DNA of 60,257 bases from an uncultured Methanosarcinales archaeon (GCA_964519225.1 CAZFJK010000004.1:1-60257), one strand, 5' to 3'. Shown: positions 20,301-30,583, counted from the stretch's first letter. Numbers and translations are program-made. Notes: a model not told the origin generated them from the letters alone.

Positions 20301-20819
20301 ATGGTTCCAGAACCGACCTATGAAACTCACAGAGCCATGCCAGTGCTCACTATTCGTTATTCTGGCATGTTCGATTTTGACGGCCTGTTTACTATGATTG
20401 CAAGATGGTTCAAAGAAAAAAAATTCTGGTATGAGGAACACACTTATAAGCATACTTTAGCAGCCCCTTTTGCAGAAGAAGAAATCGGAATGACCGGTGA
20501 ACGTGAAGTCACTACCTTTGTAAAATTCACAATAGACGTCACCATGAAACTCTGGAACATGAAAGAAACTACCGTCAGCTATAAAGGTGAAAAGAAAAAA
20601 CTTCTAACAGGAAGAATAGAAATAAAAATCAATGGAGCTGTTGATATAGATTATCAAAAATGGTTTGCCAAAAGCAAGGTTTGGCGCATTATTGCGGACT
20701 TTTACTATAAATATATAATCAAAAAGACGATCGAAGAAAAATGGGAAGATGATTTATTCAATCTAATGTCACAGCTACATTCAAAAATTAAAAATTTCCT
20801 CGAAATGGGTGCTAGATAA
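20301..20819 (+). CDS. Hypothetical protein, paralog 1 of 3
   Basis: IRYSGMFDFDGLF motif; TATA-like TTTATATAAA at ~20271. Confidence 0.8.
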   Translation: MVPEPTYETHRAMPVLTIRYSGMFDFDGLFTMIARWFKEKKFWYEEHTYKHTLAAPFAEEEIGMTGEREVTTFVKFTIDVTMKLWNMKETTVSYKGEKKKLLTGRIEIKINGAVDIDYQKWFAKSKVWRIIADFYYKYIIKKTIEEKWEDDLFNLMSQLHSKIKNFLEMGAR

Positions 20820-21316
20820 TGCCTGAAAGAACGTTAATTGTGGATCATCTTACATTAACATATTCAGGACTGTTTGACTTAAATGCTTTCTATCGCTATT
20901 TAATGGAATGGTTTTCAACAAACCATTTTGTACCCTATGAAGCAAGAAACGAAGAACTCGCAACTCCAAATGGAAAAGACATTGTTATAGAACTTCTCCC
21001 ATATAAAAAATATACAGATCACTTTAAAGGCGTTATGAAAATAGAAATAAACTTCGTTGGCGTTAAACCAGTTGAAGTAGAAAAACATGCAACAAAGGTA
21101 AAGCTAAATAAAGGTTTTGTCAAGATAGTTATTGATGGCTACCTCGAAACAGAATATGAAAAATACTGGGAAAGAAAAGCAACACTATTTTTCTTCAAAC
21201 TGCTTTTTGACAAGTTGTTTTTCAGAAGATACACACTTATGTACGAAAAAGCCATTAAGCAGGATGTTTATAAGCTCTATGATGCGCTTCAACATTTTTT
21301 CAACTTATACAAATAA
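20819..21316 (+). CDS. Hypothetical protein, paralog 2 of 3
   Basis: LTYSGLFDLNAFY motif; stop/start overlap with paralog 1. Confidence 0.8.
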   Translation: MPERTLIVDHLTLTYSGLFDLNAFYRYLMEWFSTNHFVPYEARNEELATPNGKDIVIELLPYKKYTDHFKGVMKIEINFVGVKPVEVEKHATKVKLNKGFVKIVIDGYLETEYEKYWERKATLFFFKLLFDKLFFRRYTLMYEKAIKQDVYKLYDALQHFFNLYK

Positions 21317-21318
21317 AA

Positions 21319-21837
21319 ATGCCAGAAAAATACTTGGTAATAGACGGACTCGAATTCACTTATAAAGGATTATTTGATTTCAATCATCTATTACGCTATA
21401 TCAAAAAAATCTTCACCCAGCACGGCTATACTATATTAGAAAAAGAGAAAGAAGCAAAAATAAAATCCGCAGGCAAGGATTTTTACATAGAGTTTCTTGC
21501 AGAAAAAGAAAAAACAAAATTCGAAAAACTCACAATAATTCTTAAACTAAATATAGCAAATATGATAAACACGGTAGTTATAATCGATTCAAAAACAAAA
21601 AAACTAAACCAAGGTGATATAACTGCAACATTCGACGCGTGGCTTATAACTGATTTCAAAGAAAGATGGACAGCACCCTGGTATTTCTTTGCCAAAATTC
21701 TTTTCCGCCACGGATCCACAAAAATGGGCGAACGCTTTGAAGACGAACTTATAAAAGATACTAATACAATCTGTGAAAATCTTAAAGCATACCTCAACCT
21801 GCATAGGTTCGTTGAAGTTAAACCGAAGAAAAAATGA
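21319..21837 (+). CDS. Hypothetical protein, paralog 3 of 3
   Basis: FTYKGLFDFNHLL motif. Confidence 0.8.
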   Translation: MPEKYLVIDGLEFTYKGLFDFNHLLRYIKKIFTQHGYTILEKEKEAKIKSAGKDFYIEFLAEKEKTKFEKLTIILKLNIANMINTVVIIDSKTKKLNQGDITATFDAWLITDFKERWTAPWYFFAKILFRHGSTKMGERFEDELIKDTNTICENLKAYLNLHRFVEVKPKKK

Positions 21838-21951
21838 ACCTCCCCGGCGCTACTCAAAACAAAAAGTTTGAGCACGCCAACTTCGCTGCGTGCCATAAGC
21901 GGAGTTGGAAAAGAAGTAGATAAAAGTTAGGGTATCCTGCGAGGTGATGTA

Positions 21952-22345
21952 ATGAATAAAATTTATGTAGGAAAGTTTATATTTATTTCTAAAAAGATCC
22001 CAAAAAAAATATAAAGATTTTATTAAACGTACTAAGAATAAGCAACTATTGGAAGTTGGAGAAAAAAAAGTTGATCTCAAACAATCGCTTCGCATATTAT
22101 ATGAAATGGGAATTAGAAAAATTCTTGTGGAAGGGGGTGGAACGTTAATTTACAACCTCCTTATTAATCATATTATAGACGAGGTTAGAATATTATATAT
22201 GCCATTCTTTGTAGGCAATAAGAACTGTGTAAGTGTTGTGCATGGGAACGTTTCTTTATTCGATAAACTAAAATTAAATATAAACCACATAGAATATTTA
22301 GATGGTTTTGTATTATTAATTGGAGGTGTAAATTATGAAGAATGA
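21952..22345 (+). pseudogene. Truncated, frameshifted RibD C-terminal-like (pyrimidine reductase/DHFR fold) gene
   Basis: VDLKQSLRILYEMGIRKILVEGGGTL...IDE. The ATG at 21952 (after GAGGTGA) is out of frame by one base at the A8 run 22002-22009, and the N-terminal half of the fold is missing. Confidence 0.7.
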
Positions 22346-23507
22346 AGAGAGATTTAAAGTAACGCCCTGGGAAGTTACAGGAAATGTAGATTATGATAAG
22401 CTCTTAATTCAGTTTGGTGCAGAGTATTTGAACAAATCTGTTATTAATCGTTTTCCTCGGCCACCACATTTATTAGTTAGGAGAAAACTATTCTATGCGC
22501 ATAGAGATTTGGATAAATATTTAGATGCTTATGAAAAAGGAGAAAAAATATCAATAGTTACCGGTAGAGGACCATCGGGTAAAATGCATATCGGTCATTT
22601 AATTCCTTTCTATTTTGCAAAATGGGTACAACAAAAAATGAATGCTTATGTATATATACCAATTTCTGATGATGAGAAATACTTTGTCAAAAAAGATAAA
22701 TCGACAAAAGATATTTATGAATATACAATAAATAATCTAATTGAGATTTTAGCTGTTGGTTTCGATCCCAAAAAAACGAGGATAATTGTAGATATGCTCG
22801 ATGCTGATATAATTTATCCCTTTTCAGCTTTTCTTTCTAAGTACATAAACTATTCAACGGTAAAAGCTGTTTATGGTATTTCATTTACAAATATTGGATG
22901 GATTTTTTATCCAGCGGTGCAGTCGGCCCACCTTCTTTTACCACAGGTGCTGCTCGGAAAACACATGACATTAATACCTATCGCAATAGACCAAGATCCA
23001 CATATCAGAATTTGTAGGGATATAGCGGTGCACTCGGCGGTGAATCTCTATAAACCTGCTACGCTTCTTGCAAAATTCCTACCCACTTTAGAAGACCCAA
23101 CTGGAAAGATGAGCACATCTAATCCTAATAAGGTAATATGGTTGGATGATACTTATCCAACAATCAAAAAGAAGTTAACGAAATATGCTTTTTCCGGCGG
23201 TCAACCGAGTACTGAGTTACATAGAAAATTGGGTGGAAATCCAGATATCGACGTATGTTATTTGATGTTGTATTACTTTTTTGAAAAAAACGATGAAAAA
23301 ATTAAAGAAATATATGATTCGTATAAAAAGGGTGAAATGTTAACAGGAGAACTAAAAGAATATACAGCAAAAAGAATACATGATTTTATTCAACTTCATA
23401 ATAAAAGGAAAAAAAAGATTAAGAGCGATTTCTGGAAGATATTTAATAAGTATAAGTTAAAAAAAGAAGAAAGAAAAAAGGTGTTGCAATATGTTCTCAA
23501 AAAATAA
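22335..23507 (+). CDS. trpS: Tryptophanyl-tRNA synthetase (archaeal/eukaryal type)
   Basis: FKVTPWEV, TGRGPS, MHIGH, AIDQDPH, KMSTS and AFSGGQ. Confidence 0.96.
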   Translation: MKNEERFKVTPWEVTGNVDYDKLLIQFGAEYLNKSVINRFPRPPHLLVRRKLFYAHRDLDKYLDAYEKGEKISIVTGRGPSGKMHIGHLIPFYFAKWVQQKMNAYVYIPISDDEKYFVKKDKSTKDIYEYTINNLIEILAVGFDPKKTRIIVDMLDADIIYPFSAFLSKYINYSTVKAVYGISFTNIGWIFYPAVQSAHLLLPQVLLGKHMTLIPIAIDQDPHIRICRDIAVHSAVNLYKPATLLAKFLPTLEDPTGKMSTSNPNKVIWLDDTYPTIKKKLTKYAFSGGQPSTELHRKLGGNPDIDVCYLMLYYFFEKNDEKIKEIYDSYKKGEMLTGELKEYTAKRIHDFIQLHNKRKKKIKSDFWKIFNKYKLKKEERKKVLQYVLKK

Positions 23508-23598
23508 AAACATTTTAGAGCCAATAGAAGTAATGCCTCTAGACGACCTAAAAAAAATTCAGATCAAATTGTTGAACAAAACTATTAGGGTTAAGTAA
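23491..23598 (+). pseudogene. 35-codon remnant resembling the N-terminus of a phenylacetate-CoA ligase-family protein
   Basis: Overlaps the trpS stop. EPIEVMPLDDLKKIQIKLLNKTI resembles the E-x-M-xx-E-L-xx-Q-xx-L leader of PaaK-like enzymes (recognition from memory only). Confidence 0.35.
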
Positions 23599-23790
23599 AC
23601 TTTTGTGTGATGCTAACTTTTCCGCGAATGAAAAAATTAATGAAGAACACGCGAAAGAAAAAGTTTCATTAGCTATGTCCATTAAGTTTACCCAATCCAA
23701 AGCCGTAAGATTTAAATATCACCTTCTTTATCTCCCGCTTGGATAACTAAACTAAAAAGCGCATTTCTCACGCTTATTGGGGGTGAAAAA

Positions 23791-25434
23791 ATGGCAGAAC
23801 AACAAAAGATACAGCCAATCTTTATCCTGCCTGAAGGAGCGCAGAGAAGCACTGGCAGGATAGCCCAAAGAAACAACATTCTCGCTGCAAAGTTAGTAGC
23901 AGAAACAATCAGAACAACGCTCGGCCCAAAAGGAATGGATAAGATGATAGTTGATTCTCTAGGTGATGTAACAGTAACAAACGACGGTGCAACAATTCTC
24001 GATGAAATGAACATTGAACATCCAACAGCAAAAATGATAGTAGAGGTAGCAAAAACTCAAGAAGATGAAGTGGGCGATGGAACAACAACAGCAGTTGTTC
24101 TTGCAGGCGAACTGCTAAAAAATGCAGAACCACTGTTAGATCAAAACGTGCACCCAGCTGTCTTGGCAAGGGGCTATAGACTTGCAGCAGAAAAGGCGCA
24201 GGAAATCTTGAACAGCGTTGCTGAAAATGTTGACAAGAACGATAAAGAATTGCTTAAAAAAATCGCTCTAACAGCAATGACGGGAAAAGGAGCAGAAGCA
24301 GCTAAAGAAATACTTGCTCAGCTCGTTGTTGATGCAGTAACACAGGTAGCAGAAGAAAATGGAAAAGTCGATAAAGACAATATAAAAATCGAAAAAAAAG
24401 TTGGCAAAGGCGTAGAAGACACAGAACTAGTTAAAGGCGTAGTAATAGAAAAAGAAAGAGCCCATCCCGGAATGCCAAAAAAGGTAGAGAACGCCAAGAT
24501 AGCTTTGCTGGATTGTGCATTGGAAATAAAAAGTACAGAAATCGATGCAAAAATACAAATAACAGACCCAAATCAGATCCAAGCATTTATACAGCAAGAG
24601 GAAAAAATCCTAAATGAAATGGTTGAGAAGATTGCTAAAACTGGCGCCAACGTTGTTTTCTGTCAGAAAGGTATTGACGATGTAGCCCAGCATTTCTTGG
24701 CAAAGCACGGAATCTTTGCTGCAAGACGTGTCAAAGAAAGCGATATGAAAGCATTGACCAAAGCAACTGGAGCCAGAATCATAACAAATCTCGATGACTT
24801 AACTGAAGCCGATCTCGGAACTGCAGGCATTGTCGAAGAAGTAAAAATCGGAGATGAAGAAATGATCTACATAAAAGAATGCAAGAACCCCAAATCAGTA
24901 ACTCTGCTTGTAAGAGGAGGTACAGAGCACGTGGTAGATGAAGTGAAAAGAGCTATTGAAGATGCTATTGGCGATGTCATAGCTGTCTTAAGAACAGGAA
25001 AGGTTGTTGCAGGAGCGGGTGCTCCTGAAATCGAAGTAGCAAGACAGCTCAGAGATTTTGCAAATACTTTAAGCGGTCGAGAACAGCTTGCAGTACAGGC
25101 ATTTGCAGAAAGCATAGAAATCATACCAAGAACGTTAGCAGAAAATGCAGGTCTTGATCCAATTGATATTCTTGCAGAACTAAAAGCAGCGCATGAAAAA
25201 GGCGACAAATGGGCAGGAATCAATGTTTTCAGCGGAAAAGTTATCAACGCATGGGAATCAGGAATAATTGAACCATTACGCATTAAGACGCAAGCATTAA
25301 AGTCAGCATCAGAAGCAGCAATTCTCATCTTAAGAATAGATGACGTAATTGCTGGAGGCAAGGAAGAAATGCCCGGTGGAAAAGGTGCAGGAATGGGACC
25401 GGGTGGCTATGGTGGCTATGGTGAAAGCGTATAA
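23791..25434 (+). CDS. ths: Thermosome (group II chaperonin) subunit
   Basis: [24 protein letters not shown] and a GM/GY-rich tail; SD GGGGGTGA. Confidence 0.97.
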   Translation: MAEQQKIQPIFILPEGAQRSTGRIAQRNNILAAKLVAETIRTTLGPKGMDKMIVDSLGDVTVTNDGATILDEMNIEHPTAKMIVEVAKTQEDEVGDGTTTAVVLAGELLKNAEPLLDQNVHPAVLARGYRLAAEKAQEILNSVAENVDKNDKELLKKIALTAMTGKGAEAAKEILAQLVVDAVTQVAEENGKVDKDNIKIEKKVGKGVEDTELVKGVVIEKERAHPGMPKKVENAKIALLDCALEIKSTEIDAKIQITDPNQIQAFIQQEEKILNEMVEKIAKTGANVVFCQKGIDDVAQHFLAKHGIFAARRVKESDMKALTKATGARIITNLDDLTEADLGTAGIVEEVKIGDEEMIYIKECKNPKSVTLLVRGGTEHVVDEVKRAIEDAIGDVIAVLRTGKVVAGAGAPEIEVARQLRDFANTLSGREQLAVQAFAESIEIIPRTLAENAGLDPIDILAELKAAHEKGDKWAGINVFSGKVINAWESGIIEPLRIKTQALKSASEAAILILRIDDVIAGGKEEMPGGKGAGMGPGGYGGYGESV

Positions 25435-25753
25435 AGTTTAAAGGTAAGTTTGAAACACTTTCTTTTTCTACTTTACTTTTTCATTTGGTTGCTCTTGAAT
25501 TTCTTTCTTTTCTTATTGCTAAAATTATAATCAAAAAAATAATCAAGAATTTCTTTTTCAGGATCAAAGCGAAATTGCTTTGTAATGAAAAAACTATTTT
25601 TACGCATTCGACATGGTATATATTACACAATATATATTAACCTTTCTTTCTAATTTTTCTCTTTAATTTGAAGACTTTTTATTTCTTTTTTGTAGTACAT
25701 ATTCATAAGATTTTGTACTCCAAGCAGTACATATTTTAAAAAAGAGAGAAAGA

Positions 25754-25893
25754 TCCCCGCGGCCGGATTCGAACCGGCGACACTCCGGTGCCTGCTCAGC
25801 AGCAGCTGACTCAGCTTCATTCACAGCAATGAACTTGCCTTGTAAGCTGAGCTACTCCTACAGCCGGACGCTCTACCACTGAGCTACGCGGGG
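25754..25893 (-). tRNA. tRNA-Tyr(GTA) with 68-nt intron at 37/38 (intron 25790-25857)
   Basis: C1:G72 acceptor CCCCGCG/CGCGGGG, A73, TCCGG-CT-GTA-G[intron]A-CCGGA and TTCGAAT. CUGU pairs with GCAG near the intron 3' end (BHB-like). Confidence 0.92.
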
Positions 25894-25942
25894 ATATAGA
25901 AAAAGCAAAAGAGAGTATATAAAAAATTTTCTTCTTAATTTC

Positions 25943-27346
25943 TTAGCTCACCATCACACTATTTGAATAAATCTTCTTCTTTTTTCCATCAACCTCAAAT
26001 TTAACTCTTGCCTTTGGAAGCCTTAAGCTACCAACAACAGGCAATCTGCTTTCTATCTCATAACTTAATAACCTTTCCTCATTCGGCGCAAGAATATCAA
26101 TCTTCCAATTTAATATTGTTCCTTTTTCTTTGTGTGCTAAGATCTTGCTTGGCTTTAATGTTCCTTCTGGAAATTCTTTTCCAACCTTTGCAATATTAGG
26201 CAAAATATCTAAAATATCAACATTCCTAAGCTCTTTTCTGCTCTTGTTAGTAACATCTATCAAAACCTTCGCCCTTGCTATTCCACCTCCTTCGCCAACT
26301 ACAACATCACTTACAGTTTTCTTCGCAGTTGCAACCTGCCTAAACTTCATATAGATAAACAAGCAAACCAACGCAAGAACAATCAAGTAAAATATAATCC
26401 GATAGTTCGTAATAAGCAAAACACTGCTGCTTTCTCCTGGAGCAAGCTCGATTTCCCAGACAAAAAACTTCTCTCCATCTTTGCTAACAATCGAAGCCTT
26501 AGGGATTGTACTTGTAAATGCTTTTGCCGGAATCTCTACCGTTTGGGTATTTCTCACATTCCCGTAATTCGTAAAAGTAATAGTCTTTACACTTTTCAAA
26601 AATCCCTTTTCAACAGACTCTTCACGTGCAAAAGCGGGTGTGCTTTCACCCACCTCAACAAGTTTGATCTTTGATGCGAGTGTTTTCTTTCCGTCGCGTA
26701 AGTCAAACATAACTTTATATTCCTTTGGCTGTTGGTTCTTATGTATCTCAAAGTTCAACTCTACTGTTTTTTTCTCCAATGGATCGAGTTGCAAATCAAC
26801 AACTTTGTTAAAAGCACCAAGTTCGCTTGAAATCACCAAACTGAGATTATCAAGCTTAAGCGTATTTTTATTTTCCAGGTTTATCTTAACATTAACAACC
26901 TCTCCTGGCGTAAGGACTTCAATCATATCTACATCCATGCTAACAGCAGGAGCATAACTCGGCTTTTCAGCTTCACCAACACTAACGAGAAGAAGCTTTT
27001 CTTTAAGTTCATTTGTAGTTAGGCTTTTAACATAAATCTTTACTCCGTACACGCCCGGCTCAAATGCTCTTAACGGCTTCACAAAAATAGTTAAGCTTTT
27101 ACTTTTTCCTGAATCGATGCTTAAGGTTGTAGTAGTGATATCCCATTCTACATCAAGAGAATAAACCTTAAAATTCTGAGCCGCTTTGTAATTATTTGTA
27201 ATCGTTAAGCTGAATTCTGCAGCTTCATTTGGCTTTATTCGATCTTTTATAGCCTCAACACTAAGTTCAAAATCAGATGCAGCAAAAACCGCACTAGCAA
27301 GAACAGCAAATAATAACCCCATGAAGACTATAAATAACCTTCTCAT
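25943..27346 (-). CDS. Membrane-anchored surface protein (signal peptide, Ig-like domains, one TM helix, cytoplasmic domain)
   Basis: MRRLFIVFMGLLFAVLASAVFA, beta-rich body and IIFYLIVLALVCLFIYM helix; SD GGGGTGA. Confidence 0.82.
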   Translation of the reverse strand: MRRLFIVFMGLLFAVLASAVFAASDFELSVEAIKDRIKPNEAAEFSLTITNNYKAAQNFKVYSLDVEWDITTTTLSIDSGKSKSLTIFVKPLRAFEPGVYGVKIYVKSLTTNELKEKLLLVSVGEAEKPSYAPAVSMDVDMIEVLTPGEVVNVKINLENKNTLKLDNLSLVISSELGAFNKVVDLQLDPLEKKTVELNFEIHKNQQPKEYKVMFDLRDGKKTLASKIKLVEVGESTPAFAREESVEKGFLKSVKTITFTNYGNVRNTQTVEIPAKAFTSTIPKASIVSKDGEKFFVWEIELAPGESSSVLLITNYRIIFYLIVLALVCLFIYMKFRQVATAKKTVSDVVVGEGGGIARAKVLIDVTNKSRKELRNVDILDILPNIAKVGKEFPEGTLKPSKILAHKEKGTILNWKIDILAPNEERLLSYEIESRLPVVGSLRLPKARVKFEVDGKKKKIYSNSVMVS

Positions 27347-27409
27347 TTAGCTTCACCCCTTTTCTAACAAAAAGAAAATTCATAAGTATATAAAGTTTGT
27401 TAAATTAAA

Positions 27410-27484
27410 TGGGGCCGCCGGGATTTGAACCCGGGACCACCAGCGCCCCAGGCTGGCATCATAGCCAAGCTAGACTACGGCCCC
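27410..27484 (-). tRNA. tRNA-Pro(GGG)
   Basis: GGGGCCG/CGGCCCC acceptor, CCAGC-CT-GGG-GC-GCTGG anticodon arm and TTCAAAT. Confidence 0.94.
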
Positions 27485-27592
27485 AAGCCAAATCACAACA
27501 AAAGAAAAAAACAATTATTTTAAAAGTTTCTTAACTTTCTTTTGTTCTTTAAAAAGAACATATGTTCTTTAAAGAAAACAAATCGATTATAA

Positions 27593-30187
27593 TCAAATAT
27601 CCTTGATCTTCTTTCCTATCTTTGCCATTACAACCTGATGCATTCTCCTCAAAAATTCAAGCCTGTCCTCAAGCTTCAGAACATCCCAATAGCTCTGCAG
27701 AACAAGATTAAAGGCAAAAGGGCTCGGCGAAGAAGTAAAAATCTCTTCAACCTTAATCTTTCCATCTTCGATCCACTTCAGAACGAGCTTTGCATTATTC
27801 ACATCCATCAAATCCTCAAGAACTTCACGTCTTGCCTCTTCAAGAATACAGAACTTTGGATCAATTCGCTTAATCGTTGAAAGCAAAATGTTTGCTCCGA
27901 GTTGCTGTCTTCCAACGCTTTTCTGTTTTCCTTTATACTGCCTCAAAATCATCAAAGCCCTTGCAGCACAGTGCCTGAATCTCCTTTTCAGCACTTCAGT
28001 TTTATCTATCGCTATTTTCAATAATTTATCAAAATTCTCGCTTTTAAGCAGCTTAAAAGCAGCCATTACATTTACAGGTCTTTGTGTTCTAACAAAAAAT
28101 CCATTATCATTAACTCCGATCTCAACATTCCGTTTTTGCGTTTTAGCTATAGCATAACCTATCGCTCTTGCCAAACAATCATTTACCCTTCTACCGAATA
28201 AAGAATGAAATATCACATATCTTCCATCATCTCCACTATAATGCTCAATAACTATCTTCCTGTCATGAGGAATCTTTCCGGCATAGTAAAACTGTTCCTT
28301 AAAATAATTATAAATCGCCTCAACAGCATTTTCATCAACATAAAGATAATCCCTAATAAAATTCATGATTTCCTTCTTTGATTTTCTCAAACAAAATTTT
28401 TCTTCGAGTAATCTTCTAAACTTTCCAACCGCTAAAGCCAAATCGAAGCTTAACGGCAACATTTCACTTATCCAGCTAGGTATCGTGGGCGGCCTTCCGC
28501 TTGTTGGCTTAGCAAAAGCAACCATTCCTTGTGCCCTAACAAATTCATAGAGTTCTCCGCCAAGGCAAAAGATGTCTCCTTTACGCAACCTTTCCAGAAA
28601 CAATTCATCAAGCTTACCAACAACCTGGTCACCAGCTTTTACAAGAACATAGCTCTCATCAGGAATCGTTCCAATGTTTGTCATATAAATGACCCTTCCA
28701 GTTCTACCGCGCCTGCCAATAAATCCTGTTTCAGCATCATACCAAATCTTAGCATAAACATTCCTTGCTTCTAAACCATAACCGCCTGAGAGGAAAATAA
28801 TAACATCCATGAAGCGCTCCCAGCTAAGATCATGAAATGAATAACTTTGCTTAATAAGAGTAAACAATTCATCAATCCGCCATTTATCTTGCTGCGCCAT
28901 TCCAACAATATGCTGCGATAAAACATCAAGACAGTTCCTTGGAAGATGAATTTTATCTATCTTCTTCTCGATAGCTTCCTTGAGCAGAACAGCACATTCA
29001 ACTAGATCATCTCTATCAAGAACAACAATCCTTCCCTTAGTAACATCATGCAACCTGTGTCCGCTTCTTCCTATTCTTTGTAATGCTCTTGCAACGCTTT
29101 TAGGACTCCCCAAACAAATCACAAGATCAATATAACCTATATCTACACCAAGTTCAAGCGATGTGCTGCTTGCAACCACCCTCAACTTTCCTTCTTTCAA
29201 TCTATTCTCAACATCATGCCTTATCTGTTTGCTCAAACTGCTGTGATGGGCTCCTATGTTTGATTCATAGCTCTTAGGAAATCTTTCTTTTAAATGATCA
29301 ACGACTCGTTCTGTGGCGCTTCTCGTGTTTGTAAAAATAAGCGTTGTCCTGTGCGATTGAATCAAACTGTCTAACAAATTATAAAGTCGTTTTTGCATTT
29401 CAGCTCCACTTATATTTATCATATCCTTAACTGGACATAACACTTTCAAATCAGTCTTTTTCTTGAACGGAACATCAACAACCAAGCAATTTCTCGGCTT
29501 TCCATTAATAAAGCCAACCAAGAATTTTGCAACCTCATCAAGCGGAGCTATTGTAGCGCTTAAGCCTATTCTGCATAGAGCAGGACTCAATCTTTGCAAG
29601 CGCTCCAAAGAAAGCGATAAATGAACTCCCCTCTTGTTTTCAGCCAATGCATGGATTTCATCGACAATACACCATTGCACATCTTTAAGCAAATCGACAA
29701 ACTTTTTAGTTGTCAATACTATTCCTAAAGTTTCAGGCGTTGTAATCAGAATATGCGGCGGTTTCTTAAGCATGCGCTGTCTTTCATTAGCTGAAGTATC
29801 GCCTGTTCTGACTGCAATCCTTATTCCTAGCTTTTTTCCAGCAAGTTCTTCCATTTCAGCAAGAGGCTCTTTCAGGTTTCTTTCTATATCTCTATTCAAA
29901 GCTTTTAAAGGACTAACATAAACACAATATATCTTATCTTCGAGTATGCCTTTTTCAGCTGAATCAACCAGTTCATTCAGTATAGCCAAAAAAGCAGTCA
30001 GTGTTTTTGTTGCTCCTGTAGGTGCAGAAATCAAAATATTATTACGCTTATGTATTTCCATAACACCATACAATTGAGGCAGAGAAAAGGACTTAAACCT
30101 GTTAAAAAACCATTTTCTAACTAAAGGATGTAAGATAGACTCTACTTCTTCTGCCTTATACGGCTTTTCCACAAGATTGATTGACAT
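27593..30187 (-). CDS. lhr: Lhr-family SF2 ATP-dependent helicase
   Basis: SPLKAL, TTPE, DEIH, LSAT, TSLELGVDIG, QRIGRSGH and GTIPD. Confidence 0.93.
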   Translation of the reverse strand: MSINLVEKPYKAEEVESILHPLVRKWFFNRFKSFSLPQLYGVMEIHKRNNILISAPTGATKTLTAFLAILNELVDSAEKGILEDKIYCVYVSPLKALNRDIERNLKEPLAEMEELAGKKLGIRIAVRTGDTSANERQRMLKKPPHILITTPETLGIVLTTKKFVDLLKDVQWCIVDEIHALAENKRGVHLSLSLERLQRLSPALCRIGLSATIAPLDEVAKFLVGFINGKPRNCLVVDVPFKKKTDLKVLCPVKDMINISGAEMQKRLYNLLDSLIQSHRTTLIFTNTRSATERVVDHLKERFPKSYESNIGAHHSSLSKQIRHDVENRLKEGKLRVVASSTSLELGVDIGYIDLVICLGSPKSVARALQRIGRSGHRLHDVTKGRIVVLDRDDLVECAVLLKEAIEKKIDKIHLPRNCLDVLSQHIVGMAQQDKWRIDELFTLIKQSYSFHDLSWERFMDVIIFLSGGYGLEARNVYAKIWYDAETGFIGRRGRTGRVIYMTNIGTIPDESYVLVKAGDQVVGKLDELFLERLRKGDIFCLGGELYEFVRAQGMVAFAKPTSGRPPTIPSWISEMLPLSFDLALAVGKFRRLLEEKFCLRKSKKEIMNFIRDYLYVDENAVEAIYNYFKEQFYYAGKIPHDRKIVIEHYSGDDGRYVIFHSLFGRRVNDCLARAIGYAIAKTQKRNVEIGVNDNGFFVRTQRPVNVMAAFKLLKSENFDKLLKIAIDKTEVLKRRFRHCAARALMILRQYKGKQKSVGRQQLGANILLSTIKRIDPKFCILEEARREVLEDLMDVNNAKLVLKWIEDGKIKVEEIFTSSPSPFAFNLVLQSYWDVLKLEDRLEFLRRMHQVVMAKIGKKIKDI

Positions 30188-30238
30188 TTTTAGCAAATCC
30201 AATAAAAATAAAAATCAACCCTTCTTTAATTATTTTCG

Positions 30239-30562
30239 ATGCGCCTTGCTGAAATTGTTCAACAAGCAATAATCGAATCGGGCTGCATTCAACAATTTGG
30301 AAAAAAAGTTAACATTGACATACGCAGACTGGATTACAATATTTTAACTGGACTACTCAAACAAAACGGTTGGCAACCCAAAACAAAGCTCGCCGAAAAG
30401 CTTTCAGTAGAAATTGCATTTAAAAATTTAATTAAATATTATAAACAAAACTTAAAGCCGAAAAGAATTCCTTTCTTAACTTCAAACTATGCATTACTTC
30501 CGCAACTTGAAGAAATTTTATACAACGAGCTCACAAGATTAGACTGGAAACCGCCAGTTTAA
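30239..30562 (+). CDS. Hypothetical protein
   Basis: 107-aa ATG ORF filling the gap between lhr and the AAA gene. Confidence 0.6.
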   Translation: MRLAEIVQQAIIESGCIQQFGKKVNIDIRRLDYNILTGLLKQNGWQPKTKLAEKLSVEIAFKNLIKYYKQNLKPKRIPFLTSNYALLPQLEEILYNELTRLDWKPPV

Positions 30563-30583
30563 AATTTAAATGTTCGAATTTAG

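Noticed and set aside
25474..25608. ~44-codon minus-strand ORF (MRKNSFFITKQFRFDPE...) between ths and tRNA-Tyr
   Set aside because: It is short, low-complexity and has no SD or motif, so it cannot be supported.
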